From Amoebophrya sp. A120 (taxonomy: Eukaryota; Protista; Dinoflagellata): DNA of 64,000 nucleotides. The notes below the pieces were generated by a model. It worked only from the letters and a program-made list of their open reading frames with translations, searched no databases and was not told where the DNA came from. The first letter of the stretch is position 1, and the number at the start of each line of letters is the position of its first letter. Of the stretch, positions 33,660-45,900 are shown in pieces. Where the stretch lies: contig CAJINV010000001.1 of assembly GCA_905178155.1 (NCBI GenBank), positions 605,643-669,642 on the forward strand. The letters are read 5' to 3'. A program made the translations under genes and the position numbers.

Positions 33660-36600
33660 ATGCCCGAAACGTTTGGCGGGTCCTCGAACTCGTCGGGAGG
33701 ACCGTCCGGGCCCTACCAGTCTTCTATGGGCACCTCGAGCTCCTCTTCCTCCAGTACTGCCGGTACCGCCGACCGGTTTCTCCCGGCCTCGGTGAGCGAC
33801 AGCGCGCGCATGATGTTCCACGCTGGGCAAGCCGACTTGATATGGATTGCAAATGTGTCTGGGGCTGGAAGATCGCGAGACTTGTCATGCTAATCTGGCA
33901 TGACTCTAAACTCTGTATTGCGTGACAGCGAAACGGTCCTCTTGCCTGTCAAGCAAAAACCCAGTTTCTCATCCGGAGTACGCAACTCAGAACCATGGAA
34001 AACGAAAAACTTGTCATACTTGCCAGCGCATTACAGTGCGCTCACTATTCCCTTTCTTGCATCACAAGTTTCCAGACCCAGACATAGTTGCAATGCATAC
34101 TTGAACAGTGGCGACCATTTGTTGCCGAAGACAGACTACTATCAACTGCAAAAATGTCTGGGTCTGGAAGAGTGGAACTTGTAATGCTGTCTTTGGATTC
34201 TAAAAATATGTGTTGCATGAGCAGCAAGAGGAGTCCGGTTTGTCCTACGTGGAGAGGGCATTTCTCATGCGGAATAGGCAACAGGAAGCCCTCCAAAAGT
34301 CTGTGATGCTAGGCCATGCGTTACAGGTATCACGGGTCATGCAAAATATGCATGACAAACCTCGCAATCTTCCAGACCCAGACATTTTTGCATTTGATAA
34401 CTACGAGCGGGCGCTCGCGGAGAACTGCCTCGGGAAGGGGCAGCTGCAGGACATGGAGAGCGAGCGCATCCTGGCGTATAGCAAGAAGCCGCCGCCCCCG
34501 GCGCAGACTGGACTGGACGAGATGCGAGTGGTGTATACAGTGGCGCGGAACGCGACCAGAAACCCCGCGGCGAGCACGGTGGGCGCCGACCGAGTGATCC
34601 CCACCACCGCATTTCGGACCCTCGACGCGCCCGACTTAGTGGACGACTTCTACCTCAACCTGCTTGACTGGAGCAGCCAAAACGTGGTCGCGGTCGCCCT
34701 TGGCGGACTTGTACTATTTACATGCTTTATGCAATATTATCGTGGTTGCTAGTGATGTTGTAGCGAATGTTCAGGTATGTTGTGCGACGTATTGATTTAC
34801 ATAAAAAATCCACTCTACTTCGGCACAAAGATGTTGAAAGATGGCACCATCCCTCTTGTCAGGTCTACCTCTGGAACGGCAACACAGCGTCCACGACAGA
34901 GCTTTGTAGTTTACTATTACAATGAAAAATGCCCCCTCCCCATATCAAAACGGAAATCTGTGATGCAGATTTGTGGTCACAAATCAGCTTTGTGATGCTA
35001 GAAGGCAAAAGATGCGGACTGTAGTGCTCCCTAGCGTGGGAAAGCCTTGCAGCTTCAGGGTGACAGGAGGCAACTGGAAGTGGGAAACAGCATGACAGAT
35101 TGCCGGCAATTTAGGCCGCAGCTTCGTCTCTTGGCCTTCTAGCAATACAAGTCGATTTGTGTACTCAAATACAGCATCACACATTCGCGCATCTTCCGTT
35201 TCCGATATGGGGTGGGGGCTTTTTTCACTTTGATATTTACCGGAAGATACCGACACCTACTTCACCAGTGTGCGGTTCACCATATCGCGAGGAAAAATCC
35301 CCCCTCCCCATACTGAAAATGTATATTTTTGAAAATTTGTGATGCTGATTTGTGGCCACAAATCGCGTCTGTTTTGCAAGAAGGCAAACCCAGAAGGCCC
35401 CCCGAATTCCGCCGGCTGTTTGTGATGCTGCTGGGCCTACATCATGGACTTTTGTGATGGTGAGCGCCTAGGCCAAAACCTCTCCACTCCGGCTTGATAT
35501 GGGCCTGCAGTCCTCTACTGCAAGACAGGGCTGATTTATGTACGCAAATCCAGCATCAGAAATTTCGATTGTATATCGGGAGGGGTTTTTTTCCCTTTCG
35601 ATTCACCAAAGACGGAAATCACTTGGCATTGGGACTCTCCGACAGCACCACACAGCTCTGGGATCTCGGTACTGGACAAAAGTAATAGTGAAGTTCTTTT
35701 TGTCTTCTTGCAGCATACATAATGGAAACAAGCATTCAGTGTGGTAGTAGTCCACTGTGGTCGTCAAATAATCACTATAAACTTCAGAAGCCGCTTTTCC
35801 CGTGAAGAGTACAGGTCGCATCAAAGATAAAGCTTAAGCTATAGAAATAAGTGCTTGAACTACAACTCGTGGAGATGAGGACTTCGAGGGCTAAAGCTGT
35901 TCCACCTAAAATTGTTTCGTCCAAAACTACAGGTAAGAGCAAGCAGCTGCGCGCCTTCCGCACCCATTCCGCCCGCGTGGGTGCTCTCGCGTGGAACGGG
36001 CCGCTTTTGTCCACGGGATCAAAGGATTTCGAGATTCACAGTATCGTAAGGAAAAATTCCCCCTCCCCATATTGAAAAGGTATGTTTCCGAAAATTTGCG
36101 TTGCTGATTTGAGGTCACAAATCACATTTGTCTTGCAAGAAGACAAGGGCAGAAGCTTTCGCCCCATTAGGGAAGCGATTTGCCACGCTGTTGAGCCTAA
36201 AGGGGATCCGTTTGCCATGCTGAACAACTAGACCCATACGCCTCTACCTAGCCTGGGGATCTGGCCGCAGTGCCTCTCTGCAATACAGAGCTGATTAGAT
36301 TTGTGTGCACAGGTCAAGCATCAGAAGTTTCGTTTTGATATGGGGAGGAGGGAAATTTCCTTTTGATTCACAACCACGACGTTCGCGTCCGGGAGCACCT
36401 GGTCGCCAAAATGGGCGAGGGGTTTCACCTATCAAATGCAAAAATGTCTGGGTCTGGAAACTTGCAATGCTAAAAGTGGATGATAGCCGGATTGCAATAC
36501 GCAGCCAAGCATGAAAAATTTTTGAGCTGCTATGTGCTGCGTATTCCGCATGAGTAGAAACAACGTTTTTACATGACAGATAGGAGAGCCATTTCGTGCC

Positions 36601-37960
36601 CATGCATCACAGATGCTCGAGTCATGTCAGACATGCATGACAAATGTAAGAATCTTCCAGACCCAGACATATTTGCAATGCATATCACCAGCAAGAGGTC
36701 TGCAGTTTGGAGTGGTCGCACGACGGGACGTGTTTAGCGTCGGGCGGAAACGACAACGTGATCTGCCTCATATCCACTGCAAATATGTCTGGGTCTGGAA
36801 AAGTGGAACTTGTAATGCTAGCTCTACATTCCTGGGAAATCTGTGTTGCATAACCAACAAAAGTCGCAGCCTCTTTTGTCATGCAAAAACGCAGTTTTTC
36901 ATGCGGATTGCCTATGAGAAAGCGTTTTGGGAAGTTGTCATGCTGGGCCGCATTCGGAAGTGTTTTCATCATGCACATTTTAGCGTCACCGCCCAGACAT
37001 ATTTGCATTTGAGAGCTCACGGACGAAAACAATCTTTCCGTGCCGCGTTTCCTGCTGTCCGAGCACCGCGCGGCGGTCAAGGCCCTGGCCTGGTGCCCCT
37101 GGCAGCGGAACCTGCTGGCCAGCGGGGCGGGCAGCAACGACATGCGGATCCGGTTCTGGCACGCGAACACCGGCATATCAAATGGAAAAGTGTCTGGGTC
37201 TGGAAGAGTGTAAACTTGTCATGCAGGTTTTTCATGACCCATGAGGTTTGGAATGCGGGACCCAGCATGACAGAGTCTGTGAGGTCTCTGCCATGCCTAT
37301 CCTGCATGAGAAACTCCCTCCAAACTTGGTCGAAAGTGGACAGCTTTTGGCACTCGTGCAGCACAGATTTCTCGATGATTCGGATCTAGCATGACAACTT
37401 TCAATCTTCCAGACCCGCCAGACATTTTTGCAATCCATACGGCACGTGCGTAAACGAAATTCTCACAGACAGCCAGGTCACGCAGCTGCGGTGGAGCACG
37501 GCGGACCGCGAGATCGCCTCCTCGCTATGCAAGGCAGGAGTATCGTATTAGTACGAATTATTGCATTACAAATTTATCCAGAAGAAAAAGTCGAATTTGT
37601 GATGCTGTTGTAGCTAAAAGGCGAGATCTGTCATGCAATCTTGCGATTTGCAGCGAGTTGCACGAGTATCTACGATACTGTTGCAATGCATACTCGCACG
37701 GCTACAGCAAGAACCAAATTTGCGTGTGGCAGTACCCCAGCTGCGGGAAGCTGGCGGAGCTCGCCGGGCACACGAGCCGCATTCTGTGCATGGCGCAGTC
37801 GCCGGACGGGAGCACGCTGCTCACCGCGGGCGGGGACGAAACCCTGCGGTTTTGGAAGGTTTTCGCGCCGGAACGGAGCAACGTGCCGGTGAAGCCAAAG
37901 GCTACTACGCTGGACAACTTTTCGGGCACAAAGATGTCGTCTTTGAAGGGGATCAGATGA
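33660..37960 (+). CDS. CDC20: CDC20/Cdh1 (fizzy-family) WD40 APC/C activator; 9 introners plus conventional introns (e.g. 34711-34862)
   Basis: C-box DRFLP; [21 protein letters not shown]; IHNHDVR; [10 protein letters not shown]; ASGGNDN; [14 protein letters not shown]; GDETLRFW; C-terminal IR tail. Confidence 0.92.
33841..34099. mobile_element. Introner, family A
   Basis: TIRs; TSD CTTGA/CTTGA. Confidence 0.9.
34140..34399. mobile_element. Introner, family A
   Basis: TIRs; TSD ACTAC/ACTAC. Confidence 0.9.
34915..35235. mobile_element. Introner, family C (GAAAAATCCCCCTCCCCATATC TIR)
   Basis: TIRs; TSD TTTAC/TTTAC. Confidence 0.9.
35283..35603. mobile_element. Introner, family C
   Basis: TIRs; TSD CACCA/CACCA. 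Confidence 0.88.
36042..36368. mobile_element. Introner, family C
   Basis: TIRs; TSD CACAG/CACAA; removal restores IHNHDVR. Confidence 0.9.
36430..36684. mobile_element. Introner, family A
   Basis: TIRs; TSD TCACC/TCACC. Confidence 0.9.
36771..37014. mobile_element. Introner, family A
   Basis: TIRs; TSD CCTCA/GCTCA. Confidence 0.88.
37176..37439. mobile_element. Introner, family A (reverse-complement sister of 45963-46223)
   Basis: TIRs; TSD CGGCA/CGGCA. Confidence 0.9.
37526..37692. mobile_element. Introner, family F (GCA..AGTATCGTA TIR)
   Basis: TIRs; TSD CTCGC/CTCGC; removal restores SSHGYSKNQ. Confidence 0.9.
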
Positions 37961-38696
37961 CATTTTTCTCACGGGTTTACAATTTCCAAAAACATCAGCA
38001 GTACTACTCAGGTCGTTTGATCCTGTTGGTACTGCTGAAGAATCTTCGAAGTTTATTTACAATAGACTCTACAAATGCAACTTATTTGTAAGAAAGTTGG
38101 GACCACCAGCAGCAGCTTTTGGAGCGGCTCATGGTCGTGTGCTGCGGTCATGAGCAGGAACGATCCGGCCGCGTTGATATTTGTTGGGAATACAATTTGA
38201 TGAACCAACCTTGCGCAAAATGTACATCGCTTGATCCAGCCCTTGCACGACATCAGAACAGAGACAGATTCTGAAAGTAGAGCATCGCGACCTGCTCTCT
38301 ACTCTTTGCACCTGGGCTGTTCCAGATTGATGCTGAGAGTATGTTGGCTCAATTATGAGTAGGTGAAGTATTAAAAACCTCCTCGTTTGAAGACATCTAA
38401 GAAGAAGTCTGTCTGCTCGGTAACTGGTTTGCGTTTGCCTTCTTTTCAAAACACAGTTTTCGCTCGAGTAGAAGGTTACATTTCCAAGAACGACTGAGCT
38501 CCTATCCAGTACAACTTCTTCCTCACTTTTGCTTTTTCTACTCTTGTTCAAAGATGTAGCTGGGAACGGGGACAGTTCGTGCCTTTTCTCGCTGCGCGCC
38601 GCGCACGCTTCTGGTGCCGCCGGACGCCGGCCGATACTGCCGCCAGTGGTGCGGGGAATACAACAAAAGAACTGCATAGTACGCGACAAGAACGAG

Positions 38697-39975
38697 ATGC
38701 CGAAAGCTCCTCCTCTTTGGTCGGTGCTGCTGTTGCACCCGCCATGGAAGACCGCCGATGGACTCAGTCTCGCCGATAATAATCGCGATCCACCAAAACC
38801 GGCACACATGAAGAAATCGTTCCTTGCGCCCTCGATGGAGAGTAGAAAAAGTTCCGGAACTTCTACGGACACGAAATCTTCCGCGGCCGCCGGGCCGCCC
38901 TGCGCCTGCGAGGCCACCAACCCGAAGTGGCAGCCGCCGGTGCCGCGCGACCCGATGTGCTTCTTCATCGACGTGGGGGCGGGGCGCGGGGACAGCGAGC
39001 TGGCCTTCCTCGGCGAGCACGGGGGGCAAACGAGCACGGGCGGGCAAGGGCAGCAGCTGACCTTCGACACGGGTGCGTGGAAGAAGGAGGAGTGCTTGTC
39101 CTACCTGGTGGAGCCGAACTCCAACTTCGGGCCGTCGCTGACGGAGTATCAGAGTGCACAAGCACAACACTCCCCCTCGTTTGTCATGCAAAATCCCGAT
39201 CCCACTTGCTGCAGTGTGGGTCTGTTTGCATGACAAATTCTGGAGGAACGCGTACTGGTGTTTGTATTCGGTGTAGTTCATGCAATACAAATGGGGTTGA
39301 ACAACGGGAGTAGTTGTGCACTCTCATACGGAGGTGGCACGACGGGTGCCCGGGCGGATCTTCCCGATGGTGCAGCAGGCTGCCTACATGTGCGATAAGC
39401 AAAACGAAACCTTCTACCTCGATACCGCGGGGCCGCACGCCCGGGGGTCGGCGATCGACCCGCATCACAGCGACATCCAGCGCCAGGGCACCGCGAAAAC
39501 GCCTGTCAATGTACTGACTTTTGATAGATACAACCCTTGTAGCAGCTTAGTCAGTTCACAAAGACAAATTAATCAGGTTTCTTCAGGCAATTCAGCATGA
39601 CAAATTCCACAGGTCACACTGGTGAACCTGCTGCGGTGGTTGCGCGAGGGCGTGTTACCGGAGGACCACCTTGTTTTGAAGATGGATGCGGAGGGCGCGG
39701 AGTGGGACATTATCCCCTGCCTGGCGAAGAACCCGGACATCTACAAGCTGATTGACGTGATGTACCTGGAGGACCACTGCCCGCGCGGCCAGTACTGCTG
39801 CTTCGAAAACCTCCACACGGTCCACGGCGAGCAGCAGTGCGACCCCACCCCGCAGGGCCAGTGCTGGTGCCCCTCCAAGGGACAGGCGGGCAACACCCGG
39901 GCGGACTTCGACGCCGCACTGAACACGCTGAAGAGCGCCGGGGTCAAGTTTCCGCCCTACTTTTCGGAAACTTGA
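38697..39975 (+). CDS. FkbM-family SAM-dependent methyltransferase-like protein (introner 39147; GT-AG intron 39511-39612)
   Basis: FFIDVGAGRG; LVEPN; LVLKMDAEGAEWDII; IDVMYLEDH. Confidence 0.8.
39147..39328. mobile_element. Introner, family E (TATGAGAGTGCACAAC TIR)
   Basis: TIRs; TSD CGGAG/CGGAG. Confidence 0.9.
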
Positions 39976-40550
39976 GAGGGGGGAGCTTGACGAGAGGTAG
40001 CCTTCTTGCAAGAAGGCTGTGTGAGCAGGACTCCGACCCAGACTCTCCTCGTTTAATACTGTTTTCTTTTCCACGGGATCAGCACTGCTTCATACATAGA
40101 ACGGGCCGCGCGCAGAACAAACGGCCGTCGTGTCTCGGACATTTTTGCAAAATATCAAACGATCATTTTTTCCGAATAATTTTTCGAATCGATTTAACAG
40201 CATCATATTATGAGCATAAAGAAGGTTCTCGTGGCGATTTCATTTTCCCAGAACTGGCACGCCGTCGAGCTTGTTTCGTCATACATTATCGTTCTTGCCG
40301 TCTTTCATCACGATCTGAAGAGAGCAGACACTCGAAACCCATCGAAAAGAGACTGGGTGAGCATGAAGAGAAAGCATCGAACAAATCGACCTTTGTCTCG
40401 TTTTCGTTGCTCAAGATGTGAATTGTTTTTTCAAATGAGAAATGCTCTGCTGCTTTTAGTGTACCAAGTACTCATATTCAATGTCACGGTGTGCATTTCC
40501 TTTGTCGTGTTTTCGTGCCCTCCTATCAGTGACCTCTAGAGTCTTCAATC

Positions 40551-41228
40551 ATGATGCGGCCGCATAGTCACGCATTTTTCAACGTTCCTACCGCGTTCTG
40601 GGATGCCGCCTCGGAAGACAACGACGCGGCCATGCGGCAGCTGCTGGCGGGCCGCGGGCAAAAGGCGCTAGCGGCCATCCACGCGGCGTCCAGTGCCGGC
40701 CAAAACGCCATGGCCCTGGCAGTGAACATGGCGCAGGAGTCAAACCTGGCGGCAAACCTTGCGAACCAGGCCCAGGCGTATCTGGAACGGTACGTGTACG
40801 GGCGGCCCATGTCCGCGCTCCCGGCGAACGTCGCCCCGGAACCCCCCGCGTTGATGACCCCGCCGCGGGAGATTGCGATGCGAGGAATTTATTTCCCGCC
40901 ATGTGTTGCGGAGGACCCTGCCGTGGGCGTGGCAGTCTTGTCGGGAGTGGCCTCGCTGTTGCGGCCGATGTCAGGCAGTAGTGGTGGTGGTCCTTCTCCA
41001 TCAAAGAGGTCATCTAGTTTTTCAACAAGAAGACCACAGCTCGCTCAAGACAGTAGGAAACGGAGAATTTTTGGGAGAAGCGAGGTTATTTCATCGCGGC
41101 AGTTGCAGCAGTGCGGGGATGGTATCGTGGGCGAAGATATTAAGGCTAAAAGAGATCATGCTACTTCTGCTCTACTTATTCGCGATGCAAATGAAGTAGA
41201 TAAAGGGTCAGCAATGTTGTTCCTTTAG
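40551..41228 (+). CDS. Hypothetical protein
   Basis: 225-aa ATG ORF with the GC3-rich coding style of neighbouring genes; no domain recognised. Confidence 0.5.
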   Translation: MMRPHSHAFFNVPTAFWDAASEDNDAAMRQLLAGRGQKALAAIHAASSAGQNAMALAVNMAQESNLAANLANQAQAYLERYVYGRPMSALPANVAPEPPALMTPPREIAMRGIYFPPCVAEDPAVGVAVLSGVASLLRPMSGSSGGGPSPSKRSSSFSTRRPQLAQDSRKRRIFGRSEVISSRQLQQCGDGIVGEDIKAKRDHATSALLIRDANEVDKGSAMLFL

Positions 41229-41767
41229 AGATGTTTGAAGATTCTGCTCTCGTTTCCGTTTCTTTTTTGCAGAACTGCACTGGCAGAACTAAGTTGAAGA
41301 AGATTTTGAAGCCGAATGATTTCTTTGCACGATGAAAAAAAGCGGAATATGCTGCTTTATGGCGTTTGATTGTTCGAGATCTAGTTCCCTATCCCTGCGA
41401 CCTCATGCAGGCGTGTCCTGCATGGGGCTGCGGTCTGGCTGGTGCGCAGAGAATACCGCTTGTTCGTTTCCTCTTGTGATCTTAGATAGTCGTTGAACAA
41501 GAGTGCTGTGCAAGACAAGCCAGAGTCGCAGGAGTGACAAAAGCATCGATGCAGGTATGAGGGCAGAGCGATTACTGGGACCAGCAATATTTGGCGGCGC
41601 TTCTCTTTCGAGCCATACAAGCGCACGCTCGAGCTATTTGCGGCTTTTGATGGAGAGGCTCTTGTGTTCAACAGAAGCTCCATCTCGTCGAATTCTTTAC
41701 GTTTCCATAGTCTAGGTCTACTACTTCTCGTCGACCCATTAGACAGAACTTCTCTACTACCAAAAAG

Positions 41768-42334
41768 ATGGCAGCTGTACCGGGTGCGGACGCGTTTCCC
41801 GGTGTTCCACCGGAACACAAGGAATCGATCGAGGAGATTACACTGCACCAACAAATCCGCACGTTGGAGATCGATTCGGCCTTGCTGCAGATGCAGAATA
41901 TTGAAAGGAAAAAGTCCCCCTCCCCATATCGGAAAGGTATGTTTCCGAAAATTTGTGTTGAATCAAATTTGTCTTGCAAGAAGACAAGGGCAGAAGCTTC
42001 CGTCCCATTATGGAAGCGCTTTGTCATGCTGTTGCGCCTAAAGGGCAGCCGTTTGCAATGCTGAGCAACTAGACTGGATCTGGCCGCAGTGCCTTCCTGC
42101 AATACAAGGTTTGTGTACACAAATCCAGCATCAGAAGTTCCGTTTTAATATCGGGAGGGGGCATTTTCCACTTTGATACAGAACCAGTTGCGCTCGCAGC
42201 GGTTGCTGCTCGAGGAGTGGGCGGAGTTTGCAAAGACAGAAGAAGAGAAAACCGCGTACCAAGCGGCGCAGGAGCAGTACGACGCAATGGTGAAACAGCT
42301 GGACCGCTTGGAAAACCGGAATAAGCCGGAATAA
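41768..42334 (+). CDS. Small (93 aa) coiled-coil protein, 2 exons
   Basis: Removing introner 41899 gives MAAVPG...LLQMQN|QLRSQRLLLEEWAEFAKTEEEK...NKPE*. Confidence 0.7.
41899..42178. mobile_element. Introner, family C
   Basis: TIRs; TSD CAGAA/CAGAA. Confidence 0.9.
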
Positions 42335-42950
42335 GTTTCTACAGTGGAAGAGAAAGCGTCGTGCTGCGGAACAAGTGAGTAAAAACCGCATTTGTTATTT
42401 TCCTTCGTGTGAACAATTCGAGGTTAACACGACGAATTTTGAGGATGAAACCACCAGCAGAAACAATTCGCTTTTAAGGCCAGGATTTTTTGTACGTGAA
42501 ACACAGAAGCCGATTTGTCGAAGTAGGGAAGTAGGACTTGTTCCTAGCGTTGTCGCTTTAAAATTTTTCTTCGTGTTCGAACGTGGTCTCGGTCCCATGA
42601 TCCACGAAAGTGTTTCGAACGTCGTTTCGTTTGGTATGATCCACTCAGCTTCGTGTTCGTTGTGATCTATATTCATTTGTTGATTTCGGTTTTGTTCTCC
42701 TCCTTCAGCTTCGTTTTGCTCTCCTCCTTCGTCGTTTATAACCAAGAATTAGTCTCTTGTTAGAAGTACCATCACACGCACTGTTCAACTACAAGCACTA
42801 TGCTTCGACGGTCGTTCTACATTCGATGAGCCCTAGTTATTCTGCCCCCCGCTCCTGCCTTTTCCCTTTACAATCTGAAGATGCACCAAATGACCACGAC
42901 ACCCTGCTCGTAAAAAAAAAAACGAAGACCGCAAGTGCAAGAAACTAACT

Positions 42951-45900
42951 ATGGAGACCTCCTCGGACGAAGATGAGCCCCGGCCTTATGAGCCTTGGAA
43001 GGAGGACATTGTGCGCGAGCTCTCCGCGCACAACACGCAGCATCGAGGCGGTTCGATATCCAGTAGTGGTCCACCTGCGCCGGCGGCACTACGGGGCTCC
43101 TACACGGCAGGCGGAGACCACCAAGACCGGGGAAACGATCAGTGTTTTGAGTTGTACTTGGACAAAGCTAGGATTACGAAGTTGTTTCGCACCCTGTATC
43201 CGTGGATTTTCACCGTGCTACTCGGGTTCGTGGTGGCGCTCAACGGGGCTTTCATCACACACAACGCGGACTGGTTTGCGGACTTCCGCTTCGGCGTTTG
43301 CTACTCCGCACACTACCTCGTGTTGGCCGACCGGAAGAGGTGTTGCGGCGGCATTGACAACTACGACGAGAGCGAGGATCGCTGTAATGAATTTGATAGA
43401 CATCAGGAGCTTGTAGTTTTGGTGCGCAAATTGTATGTAGTGAGGTCACCGAACGGTTCTAACCGGGGAGTTTTTTTGACACCCAGCCAGCAAAACGACC
43501 GGCAGTTTTCAAGCGGCCGAAAGCGTTTTTTGACATAAAAAATTTTCAATTATCAAGCGGGCGGGGCTTTGATATCAAACAAGCCCGGTCGAAAACTATC
43601 GATTCGCACTTGATAAAACGACGCAGGGGAGCCGGCAAAAGGGGCGCCCTTCTGAGGAGCCCACCGCCTTAGTTTCTGGCGATTTGGGGCGCCCAAAAAG
43701 AGGCGCGCAAAAAGCGCGCCCAAAATCAGAAAAGCGAAACAGCATGGCACGGCCGCGATTTCGAAGCATTTTGGGCGGCCGCGAAAGCGGCCGCCTTTTC
43801 GCCGGTTTCAGAGCCTGGGGAGCTTTGCAAAAAGCGCCGGCGTGAAAAATAAAAACGCAAAAGGGAAAAAGCGCGCCAGACGCGCAAAGCCAACCCGCAT
43901 GCTGCGGGCCCGATTTTTCTTTGCTTTTTGAGCGCCCCCCGTGGCGCCCGGATCGGCCCCATAGCATCGGGGCTCGCTTTCGGAAAGGAATTTTGGAAAT
44001 GTGCCAAGATTTGTGATGTTTCTCAAGTGACCGCCATACCGTGCGGCATAACGTTACTCACGGCGGTATGGCGAGCCCAGAAAAAGCAAAGCCGCGGCCA
44101 AGGCGGCGGTCGGAAAAAAACGCCCACGACCTCACTACCCCCGCCCCGGCGGCTATATTTGGTAAGAATACTACTTGCACGAGAAGAGAACAAGTGCGAT
44201 TTATTATCGCAATCCTGTACGAACAGGATTCAAATCAATGTCCGCACTTGCTCATGAGAAAATAAACATACTACAAACAAACCAACTATACAGGCATCAC
44301 GCCAGCCGAGGTTTACCGCGACCCGTCGTCCCAGGTAGCCGCGGATGTGCAGCAGTGGTACGCCTGGGAAGAGCTGGCGGTCGCCTCGTCTCGCTCCAGC
44401 TCGTGGATAGGTTGGCTCGCCGCTTTTCTGGTGTACTGCGGCTCCTCCGTTCTGTTCACGGCAATCTGCTGCCTGATCGTGTTCGAATTCGCGCCGCAAG
44501 CCAAGGGGTCCGGGATTCCCGAGGTGAAGGCCCATGTTTCCGGGTTCGACCTGAAGCAGTCGTTCTCGCCGATGACGCTGCTGCTCAAGTCCGTCGGCCT
44601 GTCGCTCGTGGTCGGCGCGGGCCTGGCGTTGGGGAAGGAGGGTCCGCTGATCCAGGTGGGCGTGTGCTGGGCGCACATCTTGGGGAACCTAAAGGGGATT
44701 CCCTTTCTCGGGTCCAACCGGTACACGCGGTTTTTCCGCGACGAACAGGACGTCATCAACGTGCCACTGTATGTATGAGAGTGCACAACTCCCCCTCCCC
44801 CTCATTTGCATTGCATGAACAGCAATACAAACACGAGCACACGTGGAGCCTGTGCATGACAAATTTTGTACCCGCCTAGTGCAGTACTGCTACTGTTTGG
44901 GCTTGCGGAATCTGGCATGCAAACAGTGCCAAAGGGAAGCACTTAGACTTGGGGTTTTGCATGACAAGTGAGGGGGAGGGGCGGGAGTGTGCACTCTCAT
45001 AGTACGAGTGGAGCTTCGTCGGCGCCGCGGTCGGGGTGTCCACGGCGTTCGGAGCGCCTTTGGGCGGCGTGTTGTTTGCGGTGGAGGAACTTGGCTCGGT
45101 GCGGACCATCACGCGACGGGCGCTGCTGCTCTGCTTTCTCGGCGCGTTTGCGGCCTCCTTCACGTTGAAGTTTCTCAACATCACCGGAAGTAACAACGTC
45201 ACGATGTTCTCCCTGTCCACGGCTTCCAACTCTTACGCCGGCGGGGAAAAGCTTGGCTGTCAATGGGAATGAGTATGTCGTTTTGATGAATGCGTTGGAA
45301 GAATGCGTTTTTTTATCGATTTCCACGGGTTGTGCTTCTTTTCTTGTCATGCAAAAAATGTACGTTGTAAATCTTGATGAACAGGCGCGAGTACTACACT
45401 TAAGGAGGCTTTCTTGTGTTCTTGTTCGTCTTCTCTTTGTGATGTGGAGTAAGTAGGTACGAGGAAGTAGTAAGTAGATCATTTTTCCCCTAGACACCTA
45501 GCGCAATTTATTGCCTCTGCATACCAGTTTCCGCAAAGAGTGGGGCGTGAACGAGATCTGGTTGTTCTTGCTATTGGGCGTGCTTGGGGGCGTCCTTTCC
45601 GGCCTGTTTATCCGTATGAACCTGTTCGTCGCGCGGGAGCGGAAGAGAAAGAAACAGGACCACGGCACGCTCTGGTTCCTCACCCGCGACCAGCACGAGT
45701 GGATTCTGAGCTACCTGCTTCCCGAGCGGTTCGTGCGGAAGATCCGCGAGCGCGGCAGCCAGTACCGGCTGTCGAGTCGCGCGCTGGTGGTGGTGGAGGG
45801 AGTCTTCATCGCGGTGTGCACTTCCGTGACGAACTACATTTTCACCCGACTGCTGAAATCGCACTCTACCGTAGCGATCCACGCGCTGTTCGAGACCTGT

